Origin: Oscillospiraceae bacterium
GTDB lineage: Bacteria; Bacillota; Clostridia; Oscillospirales; CAG-272
Direction of reading: 5' to 3'
Assembly (NCBI GenBank): GCA_015063895.1
Contig: SVTG01000003.1
Span: 33,253 to 97,252, forward strand
DNA: 64,000 bases
The notes below the pieces were generated by a model. That model worked only from the letters and a program-made list of their open reading frames with translations, searched no databases and was not told where the DNA came from. Positions 8,101-18,138 of the stretch are shown piece by piece (the first letter of the stretch is position 1; each line of letters begins with the position of its first letter). The translations under genes were made by a program, and so were the position numbers.

Positions 8101-8129
8101 TTGACAAATGCCACACAACACATTATAAT
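8101..8129 (+). promoter_or_regulatory. consensus SigA promoter, TTGACA-17-TATAAT
   Basis: TTGACA at 8101-8106, a 17-nt spacer, then TATAAT at 8124-8129, about 40 nt upstream of the MFS start. Confidence 0.65.
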
Positions 8130-8170
8130 ATGTAGCGATGCAAACCCAAATACGTGTAAAGGAAAGTGCT

Positions 8171-9376
8171 ATGAAGCTTACTCAAAACGCCAAAAATGCC
8201 ATTCGCATCGGCTCGCTTTGCTCCATTTCCTATCTTGCCGTGTATATCGCGCGTAATATTTTAAGCGCCGTCACGCCCCAGATGATCGAGCTTGGCTATG
8301 CCGAATCCTACATTGGTAACATTTCCTCACTTTATTTTTACTTTTATGCCTTTGGCCAGCTCATCAACGGCGCCATCGGTGATAAGATCAAGGCAAAATA
8401 CATGATCTGCATCGGTTTGTTGGGTGCCGCCACGACCAACTTTATCTTTTCACAGATCACGCCCTACCCCACCGTTGCCATGCTGGTCTATGCCTTGACG
8501 GGCTTTTTCCTGTCTATGATCTACGGCCCAATGACTAAGGTGGTATCCGAAAATACCGAGCCCATTCACGCCACAAGATGCAGCCTTGGTTATACCTTTG
8601 CTTCCTTTTTCGGCTCCCCCGCCGCAGGCATTCTGGCATCGTTCCTTGCCTGGCAGAGCGTATTTGCCGTCAGCAGCGGTATCCTTGCCGCAATGTCAGT
8701 GATCGGCTTCTTGTTCTTTACACACTTTGAGCGTACGGGCATTGTCACCTACGGGCAATATAAGCCCCGTGAAAAGGGCACGGGTAACATCAAGCTCCTA
8801 TTCCGTTACCAGATCGTTAAGTTCTCCCTGATCTCGATCCTGACGGGCGTTGTCCGCACCTCGGTCGTCTTCTGGCTGCCCACCTACATCGCACAGCATC
8901 TCGGCTTCAGTGCTACGACGGCGGCAGGTATCTTCACCGCCGCAACGCTGATGATCTCCTTTACCGCCTTTATTGCCGTGTTCATTTACGAGAGGCTCGG
9001 ACACGATATCAACAAAACCGTGCTGCTGATGTTCAGCAGTGCCGTGGTATTCTTCACGCTGACCTACTTTGTCAGCATTCCCGCACTCAATATCGTTTGC
9101 ATCGTGCTTGCCATTATGTCCTCTAACGGTGCAGCCTCTATGCTCTGGAGCCGCTACTGCCCCAGCCTGCGCGATACGGGTATGGTATCGTCGGTCACGG
9201 GGTTCCTCGACTTCCTCAGCTATATGGCAGCCGGCACGGCAAACATTATCTTCGGCAATGCCGCCACTACCCTTGGTTGGGGGAACCTGATCTTGGTATG
9301 GCTTGGCCTGATGGTGGTGGGCGTCGCCATTTCCCTGCCCTGGCACGTATTTAAAAAGAAACAACAAGCAGAATAA
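8171..9376 (+). CDS. MFS transporter
   Basis: About 400 aa and hydrophobic throughout, consistent with 12 TM segments. Start is the ATG at 8171, after AAAGGAAAG. Confidence 0.8.
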   Translation: MKLTQNAKNAIRIGSLCSISYLAVYIARNILSAVTPQMIELGYAESYIGNISSLYFYFYAFGQLINGAIGDKIKAKYMICIGLLGAATTNFIFSQITPYPTVAMLVYALTGFFLSMIYGPMTKVVSENTEPIHATRCSLGYTFASFFGSPAAGILASFLAWQSVFAVSSGILAAMSVIGFLFFTHFERTGIVTYGQYKPREKGTGNIKLLFRYQIVKFSLISILTGVVRTSVVFWLPTYIAQHLGFSATTAAGIFTAATLMISFTAFIAVFIYERLGHDINKTVLLMFSSAVVFFTLTYFVSIPALNIVCIVLAIMSSNGAASMLWSRYCPSLRDTGMVSSVTGFLDFLSYMAAGTANIIFGNAATTLGWGNLILVWLGLMVVGVAISLPWHVFKKKQQAE

Positions 9377-9381
9377 TAAGA

Positions 9382-9416
9382 AAACGGCGCAGCGCCCGAT
9401 GGGCGCTGCGCCGTTT
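9382..9416. terminator. bidirectional terminator between convergent genes
   Basis: 16-bp stem AAACGGCGCAGCGCCC / GGGCGCTGCGCCGTTT. Confidence 0.75.
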
Positions 9417-9419
9417 GTT

Positions 9420-10889
9420 TTATTTCGCCGTGGCGATCGCCACACCGTTATATTCAGCAAGAAAATCCTCCGCCGTCTTGCTCATACGCAGCGTGACGCT
9501 GTTTTCATCGCAAAAGCCGAGCACGATGGCAAGATTGCCGAAATATTTATCAATGACCTGCACGCGGATGCGCAGCCGCTTTGGCTCGGGCCAATCGGCG
9601 CTGAAGGCCGCGCGATAGGTGTTGCCGGGAGCGTAGGTGTTGCCCACCGTATCGGCATAACCCTCCTGCGGAAACTGTGCGAACTCGTTATAGCCGAAGC
9701 CAAAGGGCATTTGCTTGACACCCTGCGCATTTTCGTAATGAAAAACACCGCGCGTTTTTTCAAGCGCCACGCGAAACCACTTGATGCCCATGGGGTTTTC
9801 ACCGCACACGTAGGTCTTGTCGTTGATCTTGGCGGCAAGCTCGCTTTGCGCGGGGCCCGTGAGGGCAAAAAGCCTACGCGTGCTGAGCCACGCGTCAAGC
9901 GCATCGGACGCGGCACGGTCGGGCGCGAGCGGCCCCTGCTGCAGATTACCGATAATATGATCGTAAAGCGCGTCGAATATCATCTCGTAGTTGTGCGGAT
10001 GCCCCTGGTTATCCGAGTTGATCACGAAGATAAAATCGTGCACGGGGTCACAAAGCGCGATCTGATTGCCCATACCGAGCATCGCGTAGCAGCCGCGCGG
10101 CGCGCCCCAGATCTGATAGCCGTAGCCGTGCCCGCTGTGATGCACGAAGCCGTAGTCGTTGTCGCTCACCGCCATCGTGGTGGCAGCCTTCAGATATGCC
10201 TCGTTTAAATAGCGTTTGCCCCCAAAGGTGCCGCCGTTTAGCACAAAGCGTGCGAACAGCAAAAGATCGCGCGCCGTGCACATCACGCCCGAATCGCCCC
10301 ACGAATACCCACCGGGAGCCTTCAGGCAGTAAGCGTTTTTAGAAAATCCGATATCGTTTAGCACCTTTTCCTGCAAATACGCAAGAAAAGGCTTGCCCGT
10401 CAAGCGCTCAACGATCACCCCAAGAATATACGAGGCTGAGCTGTCGTATTTGAAATGCGTGCCGGGCAGCTTTTCGGGCGTGTGGGCAAAGTAGGTATCC
10501 ACGCGGTTTTCGGGGTGCATCTTGAACCAGTTGATAACGCCCTCCACCGTGGTCTTCATCATCAGCATATCGCGCACGGTGCTGCGCGGCGCCGCTGCCC
10601 CCTCACGCCCCACGTATTCGGGAAAAAACTTCATCAGCGGATCGTCAAGCGACAAAAGCCCGTCCTGCTCACAAAAGCCGATCGCCACCGACACAAAGGT
10701 TTTGGAAACCGAATACATACGGTGCAAAAATTCCTTGTGAAAGGGCGCGTAATAGCACTCGGAAAATATAGCGTCACCGCGCGACAGGATCACGCTGTGC
10801 GTTGACAGATGATAGTTTTCAAGCGTCTGGTAAAAGCGACGCACGTGCGCGGTAGCAATCCCCGCCTGTTCAGGTGTGCAAATGTTCAT
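9420..10889 (-). CDS. serine hydrolase (beta-lactamase / class C PBP-like family)
   Basis: An SxxK motif (YSVSKTF) near the N-terminus, 489 aa, RBS AAGGAGAG. Confidence 0.8.
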   Translation of the reverse strand: MNICTPEQAGIATAHVRRFYQTLENYHLSTHSVILSRGDAIFSECYYAPFHKEFLHRMYSVSKTFVSVAIGFCEQDGLLSLDDPLMKFFPEYVGREGAAAPRSTVRDMLMMKTTVEGVINWFKMHPENRVDTYFAHTPEKLPGTHFKYDSSASYILGVIVERLTGKPFLAYLQEKVLNDIGFSKNAYCLKAPGGYSWGDSGVMCTARDLLLFARFVLNGGTFGGKRYLNEAYLKAATTMAVSDNDYGFVHHSGHGYGYQIWGAPRGCYAMLGMGNQIALCDPVHDFIFVINSDNQGHPHNYEMIFDALYDHIIGNLQQGPLAPDRAASDALDAWLSTRRLFALTGPAQSELAAKINDKTYVCGENPMGIKWFRVALEKTRGVFHYENAQGVKQMPFGFGYNEFAQFPQEGYADTVGNTYAPGNTYRAAFSADWPEPKRLRIRVQVIDKYFGNLAIVLGFCDENSVTLRMSKTAEDFLAEYNGVAIATAK

Positions 10890-11035
10890 TTCGCCACTCT
10901 CCTTGCCTATATTTTTTAAGTAAATTGCTCTTTTTGAAAAATTTAACGCTTTTTTGTAAATTATTGCTTCCCCGCTCTTGCCTTTTTACACATACCGCGC
11001 TATAATGAACTCAGCACGTAAAAAGGAGATCGCCC

Positions 11036-11848
11036 ATGCCTCAGATCACGTTTGACAAGACCGAGCCCTTCTATATTGAAAAGGCCTCCTTCAAGGCGCC
11101 GCTGGCCATGATGCACTATCATCACGGATTTGAGCTGTACTACGTGGTGCACGGCGAGCGTGAATACTTTATCGGCGATCACTTTTATCAGGTACACGAG
11201 GGCGATCTTGTGCTGATCCCAAACGATCTTTTACACCGTACGGCGGGTAAGGGAGCACTTCGCTATCTGCTGTATTTTTCGCGCGATTTTTTGGCGCGGT
11301 ATCTCACCGCCGAGACCATAAGCGCCCTGCCGCTTGACGCACCTGCCGTTTATCGCGTCGGACCGCATATACGCACAACCCTTGAGCAAGGCTTGGAGGA
11401 TATTTACACTACCTTTGAGGGGGGCCGACAACAGGATACCGCTACCGAGGCCTATTTAGCCAGCTCGCTGGCGCACCTGCTGCTGTTGCTGACACGCACC
11501 CCCAACCATTACGTGCAAGCGGATTTTTCCGACAAGCGCATAGCCGATATCGTGCGTTATATCAACGAGCAATACAGCGCCATTGAGGGCATTGATCAGA
11601 TCGCTGAGCGATTTTATATTTCCAAATACCATCTGTGCCGTATTTTCAACAAAAACCTTGGTGTATCTCTGATCTCGTATCTGAACACCATCAAGATAAG
11701 AGCCGCCATTGAGCTGATGCAGAGCACACACCTCAATATCACGGATATTGCTACCCGCTCGGGCTTTAATTCCTCCTCCTACTTCTGCAAGGTCTTTACC
11801 GACGAAACAGGACTCTCCCCCACGGCCTATCGCAAAAAGCTCTTATAA
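11036..11848 (+). CDS. AraC family transcriptional regulator (cupin sensor + HTH)
   Basis: The C-terminal end (SGFNSSSYFCKVFTDETGLSPTAYRK) is a typical AraC HTH. The N-terminal part is cupin-like. Confidence 0.85.
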   Translation: MPQITFDKTEPFYIEKASFKAPLAMMHYHHGFELYYVVHGEREYFIGDHFYQVHEGDLVLIPNDLLHRTAGKGALRYLLYFSRDFLARYLTAETISALPLDAPAVYRVGPHIRTTLEQGLEDIYTTFEGGRQQDTATEAYLASSLAHLLLLLTRTPNHYVQADFSDKRIADIVRYINEQYSAIEGIDQIAERFYISKYHLCRIFNKNLGVSLISYLNTIKIRAAIELMQSTHLNITDIATRSGFNSSSYFCKVFTDETGLSPTAYRKKLL

Positions 11849-11905
11849 ATTATTTGCGGCAAATTTATTTGCGGCAAATTTATTTGCGGCAAATTTATTT
11901 GCGGT
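11847..11905. repeat. tandem repeat, about 4 units of 15 bp (AAATTTATTTGCGGC)
   Basis: Units at 11847-11860 (14 nt), 11861-11875, 11876-11890 and 11891-11905 (last base C to T). The array overlaps the AraC stop (11846-11848) and the GH4 stop (11895-11897). Confidence 0.9.
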
Positions 11906-13265
11906 ACATACCGAGGTACTTCTCGGTATTTTTCACCATCGTATCAAAGAGCGCATCCTTTTGCGCACGCGTCAGCGTTTTGATCAGATTGAGCGCGGCA
12001 AATTTTTCACGCGCATAGGAAAGATCCAGAGAAAAGGCGGCATCGAGCATCGCATCGTTTTCTGCCGCGGCACGGGCGATCATCGGATAGATGCTCGCAG
12101 GCACCTCGCCTGCAAGAACGGGGGCCAGCGAATTGCGGGTAAAGGCCGCGTTGGTCTCTACCACCGTGCCATAGGGCAGATTGGTGATCTGCCCCTTATT
12201 GGGCACGTTGATATTGGTTACCATGGTGGAAAGTCCCAGCAGAGCACGCATTTGCAGCGTGCCCTCCTCACCGGTATCGCGCATCGCCCAGACCTCCTCA
12301 CCCGAAAGGAGCCTTGCACTCTTATCAAGGCGCTTTTGCAGGTTTTCACGGCGCCACGAAACCGGCGTGAGGCCAAAGGCCCAATCACGGCAATCGTACA
12401 GATAATCCGAGAAATCCATAAACTCTGCCAGGTGTCTGTCGCCCGCGGCTGCAATATAGCCAAAGCGGCGGAACAGATCCATACGCACACGGGCATCGGT
12501 GGCAAAAAAGTCGTTGAGCCAGTTGCCCGTGCCCTTACGGTTGTAGCCCGATTCGTAATATTTATCTACAAAGCGGCGGTAAACCTCAAACATATCAAAT
12601 CCCTGATAGTAAGCCGAGGTAAACCAGGTGAAGTGATTGACACCCACGACGTTGACGTTCATCTGCTGACGCGGCACGTCGGCAATGCCCTCCATCTCCT
12701 CAAGCGCGTGGGAAAGGAGCTGCTGCGTGCCAAACACCTCGTGGCAGCAGCCGTAAGCCTTGATCTCGGGGAACTCGCGATACAGCGCACCGATACAGAC
12801 TGCCATCGGATTGGTATAATTGATCACGTAAGCACCCGGGCAATAGCGACGCACGTTTGCGGCGATCTCACGCATCATCGGCACCGTACGCAATGCACGG
12901 ACAAAGCCCCCGGGACCTGCCGTATCGCCCACCGACTGATAAATGCCAAATGCCTCGGGCGCGTGCACGTCGCTCTCCATCTCGTCAAAGGTGCCCGGCA
13001 GAATAGAAACGATCACAAAATCGGCACCCGTCATGGCCCCTGCCGGATCCGCAGCGGCGACGTAGCGCCAATTCTCACCGGGAAAATTGTTGCCGATCAC
13101 GGCGTTGTTTTGAGAGGCCTGCCTATCAATATCGTAAAGATAGACCGTGCCCGCCATATCCTCGGCCCTCGCGAGGTCATTCATCAGCGTCCAAGCCCAG
13201 CCGCGCGAGCCACCGCCTATAAAAGCAATTTTCAAATCCGTTACCTTATTATCCTGATAGATCAT
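11895..13265 (-). CDS. glycoside hydrolase family 4 (alpha-galacturonidase/alpha-glucosidase type)
   Basis: N-terminal NAD-binding KIAFIGGGSRGWA and a conserved GCCHE segment typical of GH4. Start is at 13265, after GGAGGTG. The pectin/uronate genes next door suggest an alpha-galacturonidase role. Confidence 0.8.
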   Translation of the reverse strand: MIYQDNKVTDLKIAFIGGGSRGWAWTLMNDLARAEDMAGTVYLYDIDRQASQNNAVIGNNFPGENWRYVAAADPAGAMTGADFVIVSILPGTFDEMESDVHAPEAFGIYQSVGDTAGPGGFVRALRTVPMMREIAANVRRYCPGAYVINYTNPMAVCIGALYREFPEIKAYGCCHEVFGTQQLLSHALEEMEGIADVPRQQMNVNVVGVNHFTWFTSAYYQGFDMFEVYRRFVDKYYESGYNRKGTGNWLNDFFATDARVRMDLFRRFGYIAAAGDRHLAEFMDFSDYLYDCRDWAFGLTPVSWRRENLQKRLDKSARLLSGEEVWAMRDTGEEGTLQMRALLGLSTMVTNINVPNKGQITNLPYGTVVETNAAFTRNSLAPVLAGEVPASIYPMIARAAAENDAMLDAAFSLDLSYAREKFAALNLIKTLTRAQKDALFDTMVKNTEKYLGMYRK

Positions 13266-13533
13266 ATCGCACCTCCGCACTGAAAGCACCTTCATTATAG
13301 CACCCCACCCTTACCCCTGCATAGTAATATTTTGCCTCTTTATTTGCGTTTTTGTAAAATATTGCGTGCCCGCACGTAAAAAACTCGCGCACGACGCCGT
13401 TTATCGCACCTTTTTAGGCAATATTTTTAAAAACGGCTCTCAGCCGCGCAATATTATGCTATCATTTTCGGGAGCTGTCCTTTAGAATAAAATCAGCACG
13501 CGCACGCGATTATAATTAAGGAGGACATACGAA

Positions 13534-14832
13534 ATGCATATCAGTAAACCGAAAAGGACCGAGCGCTTTATTCAATTTGGAGAGGGCGGCTTTTTGCGCG
13601 GCTTTGCCGACTGGATGATTCAAAAATTAAATGATAAAACCGATTTTGAGGGCAGCGTTGTCGTGGTGCAGCCGATCGAAAGCGGCCTTTGCGAAGCACT
13701 CGCCGCCCAGAATTGCAACTACACGCATATCATACGCGGTGAGGAGGGCACCGAGCAGAGCGTGATCGATGTGATCTCGCGGTGCATTGACCCCTATCGC
13801 GATTTTGCCGCGTATCTGTCGCTGGCAGCCGAAAAGGACCTGCGCTTTGTCATTTCCAACACCACCGAGGCAGGCATCGCCTTTGACCCCAACGACACAA
13901 AAACCGACGCGCCCCCCAAAAGCTTTCCTGCCAAGGTGACGCGCCTGCTGTACGCACGCTATCTCTTGGGGCTTGACGGCTTTGTGTTCTTACCCTGCGA
14001 ATTGATCGACCGCAACGGCGATAAATTAAAGGAAACGGTTTTGCGCTATGCATCGCTGTGGGGGCTTGAGCAGGATTTTTGCAGCTGGATCACCATCAAG
14101 AACGAGTTCTGCAACACGCTCGTCGACCGCATCAATACGGGATATCCAAAGGACGAGAAGATCGACCTTGGTTATGAGGATAACATGCTCAACACCTCCG
14201 AATATTTTCATTTGTGGGTGATCGAAACCGCACTTGATCTTGAAAAGGAGCTTCCCTTCTCGGCGGCGGGTCTTAACGTCATCATCACCAAAAACGAGCT
14301 CGAGCGCTACCGCACACGCAAGGTGCGTATTCTCAACGGCGCGCATACCGCTTTGGTCGCACACGCACTGCTCTCGGGCTTTGACACGGTAAAATCCTGT
14401 GTCGACGATGCGCAAATGCGCGCCTTTTTGGAGCGCTGCATTTTTGAGGAGATCCTTCCCACACTTGATCTGCCAAAGGAAGAGCTGCTGGAATACGCCA
14501 ACAACGTGCTCACGCGCTTTGCCAACCCTTATATCAAGCACTACCTTACTTCGATCTCGTTGAATTCCATCAGCAAGTTCAAGGTGCGCGTGCTCCCCTC
14601 GCTACTCTGTTACCGCGAGCGATTTGGCACCTATCCCAAAAGCCTCACCTTCTCGCTGGCACGCTTAATTGAATTTTATAAATACGGCACTCCGCACGAC
14701 CTGCCCGAGGTCACGTCCTTTATCAAGGAGCACAGCCTGAAGAAGATCCTGTCGTGTACAGCACTTTGGGATTCCGACCTGAGCGATCTTTTCAAGGAGG
14801 TAGCAGATCTTGCTGATCCACGCATACGATAA
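13534..14832 (+). CDS. uxaB: tagaturonate reductase (altronate oxidoreductase), mannitol dehydrogenase family
   Basis: N-terminus RFIQFGEGGFLRGF, mannitol-dehydrogenase-family pattern, and adjacency to uxaA and uxaC. Confidence 0.8.
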   Translation: MHISKPKRTERFIQFGEGGFLRGFADWMIQKLNDKTDFEGSVVVVQPIESGLCEALAAQNCNYTHIIRGEEGTEQSVIDVISRCIDPYRDFAAYLSLAAEKDLRFVISNTTEAGIAFDPNDTKTDAPPKSFPAKVTRLLYARYLLGLDGFVFLPCELIDRNGDKLKETVLRYASLWGLEQDFCSWITIKNEFCNTLVDRINTGYPKDEKIDLGYEDNMLNTSEYFHLWVIETALDLEKELPFSAAGLNVIITKNELERYRTRKVRILNGAHTALVAHALLSGFDTVKSCVDDAQMRAFLERCIFEEILPTLDLPKEELLEYANNVLTRFANPYIKHYLTSISLNSISKFKVRVLPSLLCYRERFGTYPKSLTFSLARLIEFYKYGTPHDLPEVTSFIKEHSLKKILSCTALWDSDLSDLFKEVADLADPRIR

Positions 14833-16180
14833 CGTTGAGATCGACCTTACAAACGGTCACAAATACAGTAACCGCGACATCAAATGCGGTGAAAGTATTA
14901 TCAAATACGGATCGGTGATCGGTCACGCGACCGAGGATATCCCGTGCGGTGCACACGTGCACACACACAATCTGGCCACCGATCTTGCCGATACCGTCAC
15001 CTACACCTACCAACCGTCAGCGCACGTCTCACAGCCATCGCACAGCACGCACACCTTCCTTGGCTACAAGCGAAAGGACGGGCGCGTAGGCGTGCGAAAC
15101 GACGTATGGATCGTCAACACCGTCGGGTGCGTCAACGGCATTGCGAGGCAGCTGGCAGAAAAAACAGGGGCCCTCGCCTTTCCGCACCCCTTCGGATGCT
15201 CACAGCTCGGTGACGATATGGCCAATACGCAAAAGATCCTTCGCGGCATGGTCAACCATCCCAACGCCGCAGGCGTTCTGGTGCTGGGGCTGGGGTGTGA
15301 GAACAACAACATTGACGAATTTAAAAAGGCACTTGGCGAATATGACCCCGAACGGGTCAGATTTTTAAACTGTCAGGACACGGAGGACGAGCTGACAGAG
15401 GGTGTGCGGCTGATTGCTGAGCTGAAGGCCTATGCCGCCACGTTTACCCCCACTCCCTGCCCTGCCTCGGACCTTGTGGTAGGCCTCAAATGCGGCGGCA
15501 GCGACGGGTATAGCGGCATCACGGCCAACCCCTTGGTAGGTCGCTTTTGCGATGCGCTGACACGTGAAGGCGGCAGCTGCCTTCTCACTGAGGTGCCCGA
15601 AATGTTTGGCGCTGAGCACCTCTTGATGGCGCGTGCCACCGACCGCGCGGTATTCGATCGGATCGTCGACCTGATCAACGACTGCAAAAGCTACTACAAG
15701 GCGCACGGCCAGGTCATCTACGAAAACCCCGCCCCCGGCAACAAGGCCGGCGGCATCACCACCTTGGAGGAAAAGTCACTGGGGTGCGTGCAAAAGGGGG
15801 GCACCTCGCCTGTGGTTGACGTGCTGCACACGGGCGAAACGGTGCGCCGCAAGGGCCTTTCTCTGCTGGACGGCCCCGGCAATGACATGGTGGCTGTGAC
15901 CAACCTGGTGGCCGCCGGCGCCCAGATCATTCTCTTCACCACGGGTCGCGGCACGCCACTCGGCGCCCCCGTACCCACCGTAAAGATCGCCACCAATCGC
16001 GCCCTGGCTGAGAAAAAACCGGGCTGGATCGACTTTGACGCCTCACCCGTGCTGGAGGGCATTTCACTTGACGGTGACTTTTTTGAATACGTATTGCAGG
16101 TGGCGTCGGGCAAAGAAACCGCCAACGAGCGCCGCGGCATGCGCGAGATCTCAATTTTCAAGGACGGTGTTACGCTTTAA
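14810..16180 (+). CDS. uxaA: altronate dehydratase (UxaA family)
   Basis: SAF-like N-domain plus a GalD/UxaA C-domain. TTG start at 14810, 9 nt after AAGGAGG, overlapping uxaB by 23 nt. Confidence 0.85.
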   Translation: MLIHAYDNVEIDLTNGHKYSNRDIKCGESIIKYGSVIGHATEDIPCGAHVHTHNLATDLADTVTYTYQPSAHVSQPSHSTHTFLGYKRKDGRVGVRNDVWIVNTVGCVNGIARQLAEKTGALAFPHPFGCSQLGDDMANTQKILRGMVNHPNAAGVLVLGLGCENNNIDEFKKALGEYDPERVRFLNCQDTEDELTEGVRLIAELKAYAATFTPTPCPASDLVVGLKCGGSDGYSGITANPLVGRFCDALTREGGSCLLTEVPEMFGAEHLLMARATDRAVFDRIVDLINDCKSYYKAHGQVIYENPAPGNKAGGITTLEEKSLGCVQKGGTSPVVDVLHTGETVRRKGLSLLDGPGNDMVAVTNLVAAGAQIILFTTGRGTPLGAPVPTVKIATNRALAEKKPGWIDFDASPVLEGISLDGDFFEYVLQVASGKETANERRGMREISIFKDGVTL

Positions 16181-16212
16181 GAGCGCCGCCCAACACACAA
16201 AAAGGAGCACTT

Positions 16213-17586
16213 ATGAAGGGCATTATTGAAAAGGATTTTTTACTGAAAACAAAGACCGCAAAGCGCCTGTATCACGAGGTGGCGGCTACCCAACCGATCA
16301 TTGACTACCATTGTCATCTTTCCCCCGAGCTGATTGCCAAGGACTACGTATTTCAAAATATCGGCGAGCTGATGCTGGCGGGCGATCACTACAAGTGGCG
16401 TGCCATTCGCTCGTTTGGCATAGAGGAAGAGCTGATCACGGGCAACGCCGATTGGCGCGAAAAATTCCGTGCCTTTGCTACCATGCTCCCCTTTGCCATC
16501 GGCAATCCTCTTTATCACTGGACGCATCTTGAGCTTGCCCGCTACTTTGATATCAACGAGTCGCTTTGCGCCGCCAACGCCGACGAGATCTATGACCGTT
16601 GCGCCGCACGCATGGCAGACGGCAGCTTTTCTACAAAAAAGCTGATCGAGCGCTCGGGCGTTGAGGCGCTGTGCACCACCGACGACCCGCAGGACGATCT
16701 CCACTGGCATCGCGAGATCAAGGAAAGCGGTTGGCAGGTCAAGGTACTGCCCACCTTCCGCCCCGACAAGGCCGTAAACATTCACAAGGATACCTTTTTA
16801 CCCTATATCAAGGCAACGGGTGTCACCACCTACGCCGCACTGAAGACGTGGCTGACAGCGCGCATAGATCACTTTGCCGCACACGGGTGCCGCCTTTCCG
16901 ACCACGGACTTGACTTTATCCCCTACGCAGAGGGCGACGCCGCCGCAGCCTTTGACAAGGCCCTTGGCGGCGAAGCGCTGACCGCTGCCGAGCGCGATGC
17001 CTATATGACCGATCTGATCCTTCACTGTGCAAGAGAGTATGCCAAGCGCGACTGGTGTATGCAGATCCACGTAGGTGCACTGCGCAACAGCAATACCCGT
17101 CAATACCGGGCTCTTGGCCCCGACACGGGATACGACAGCATCGCCGAGACCACGGTAGCCGAGCCCTTGGCCAAAATGCTTGACGCGCTGGAGCGGACAA
17201 ATGAGCTCCCCAAAACGATCCTGTATTCCCTCAACCCCAAGGACAACTACACGCTGGCGACCTTGATGGGCGGCTTCCAGGGGGGCCCCACACGCGGCAA
17301 GATCCAGCTGGGGTCGGGCTGGTGGTTCAACGATCAGAAGGACGGCATGCAGGCACAGCTGAAGGCCCTTGGCAACCTCGGCGTGCTCGGCACGTTTGTC
17401 GGCATGCTCACCGACTCGCGCAGCTTTGTTTCCTACCCTCGTCACGAATACTTCCGTCGCATTTTGTGCAGCCTGATCGGCGAATGGGTAGAAAACGGCG
17501 AATATCCCGACGACAGCGAGGCGCTTACCGCCATCGTCAAGGGGATTTCCTACGAAAATGCGAAGCGCTATTTCAATTTCTCCTGA
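16213..17586 (+). CDS. uxaC: glucuronate isomerase
   Basis: PIIDYHCHL near the N-terminus, 457 aa, typical of UxaC. Confidence 0.9.
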   Translation: MKGIIEKDFLLKTKTAKRLYHEVAATQPIIDYHCHLSPELIAKDYVFQNIGELMLAGDHYKWRAIRSFGIEEELITGNADWREKFRAFATMLPFAIGNPLYHWTHLELARYFDINESLCAANADEIYDRCAARMADGSFSTKKLIERSGVEALCTTDDPQDDLHWHREIKESGWQVKVLPTFRPDKAVNIHKDTFLPYIKATGVTTYAALKTWLTARIDHFAAHGCRLSDHGLDFIPYAEGDAAAAFDKALGGEALTAAERDAYMTDLILHCAREYAKRDWCMQIHVGALRNSNTRQYRALGPDTGYDSIAETTVAEPLAKMLDALERTNELPKTILYSLNPKDNYTLATLMGGFQGGPTRGKIQLGSGWWFNDQKDGMQAQLKALGNLGVLGTFVGMLTDSRSFVSYPRHEYFRRILCSLIGEWVENGEYPDDSEALTAIVKGISYENAKRYFNFS

Positions 17587-17596
17587 CAGCAACAAA

Positions 17597-17626
17597 AGAA
17601 GCCTCACGCTACCGCGTGAGGCTTCT
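17597..17626. terminator. bidirectional terminator between convergent uxaC and the phosphoesterase gene
   Basis: 12-bp stem AGAAGCCTCACG / CGTGAGGCTTCT, followed by TTATTTT. Confidence 0.7.
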
Positions 17627-17631
17627 TTATT

Positions 17632-18138
17632 TTATAATTTGCCAAACCCTGCCAGAATACCGTTTTTGCGTACCGTCAGTGTGGCAAATGTGGCATCGCC
17701 CCGCAGGGGCTCCCCCAGACTCCCGGGGCAAACTGCCAACAGCGGCTTTTGCAGAGTGCCGCCCCGAAGCAACGGTGTACCCACAGGAAAGGTTTTTTCA
17801 AAGGGCACGTGCGTGTGACCGTATAACAGTACGTCGGCTTCGTTCTCAGCGGCAACGGCAAGCGCCTGGGCAAGGTCTCCCTTGACGCCGTAGCGGTGCC
17901 CGTGCATCATCAGGATCCGCACACCGCCAAATATTTCAAGACGCAGCTCAGGCGCATCGGCCGTCAAGGACCAATCGCAATTACCGCGCACCGCACGCAC
18001 CGTGACACCCTCGTCAACAACGCGCAGATCGCGCAGACCGTCACCCAAAAACAGCAGCACGGCAGCACCTGTACGGCGCATCACCTCGGCAAGACGCTCA
18101 GCCTTACCGTGCGTATCCGAAGCAATTACAATATCCAT
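17632..18138 (-). CDS. YfcE/MJ0936-family metallophosphoesterase
   Basis: Motifs DIVIASDTHG, GDG, GNCD and GHTH. The start overlaps the pepP stop by 1 nt. Confidence 0.8.
   Translation of the reverse strand: MDIVIASDTHGKAERLAEVMRRTGAAVLLFLGDGLRDLRVVDEGVTVRAVRGNCDWSLTADAPELRLEIFGGVRILMMHGHRYGVKGDLAQALAVAAENEADVLLYGHTHVPFEKTFPVGTPLLRGGTLQKPLLAVCPGSLGEPLRGDATFATLTVRKNGILAGFGKL

Noticed and set aside
7632-8170. Riboswitch or T-box leader for the MFS transporter
   Set aside because: A full consensus promoter (8101-8129) lies downstream of the structured modules, leaving only about a 35-nt leader. I saw no T-box sequence or known aptamer core.
11748-13283. 511-aa + strand ORF (contains LFAANLFAANLFAAN)
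   Set aside because: It is antisense to the well-supported GH4 gene. Its composition is Arg/Gly/His-rich, typical of high-GC antisense frames, and its N-terminal repeat is the translated 15-bp tandem array.
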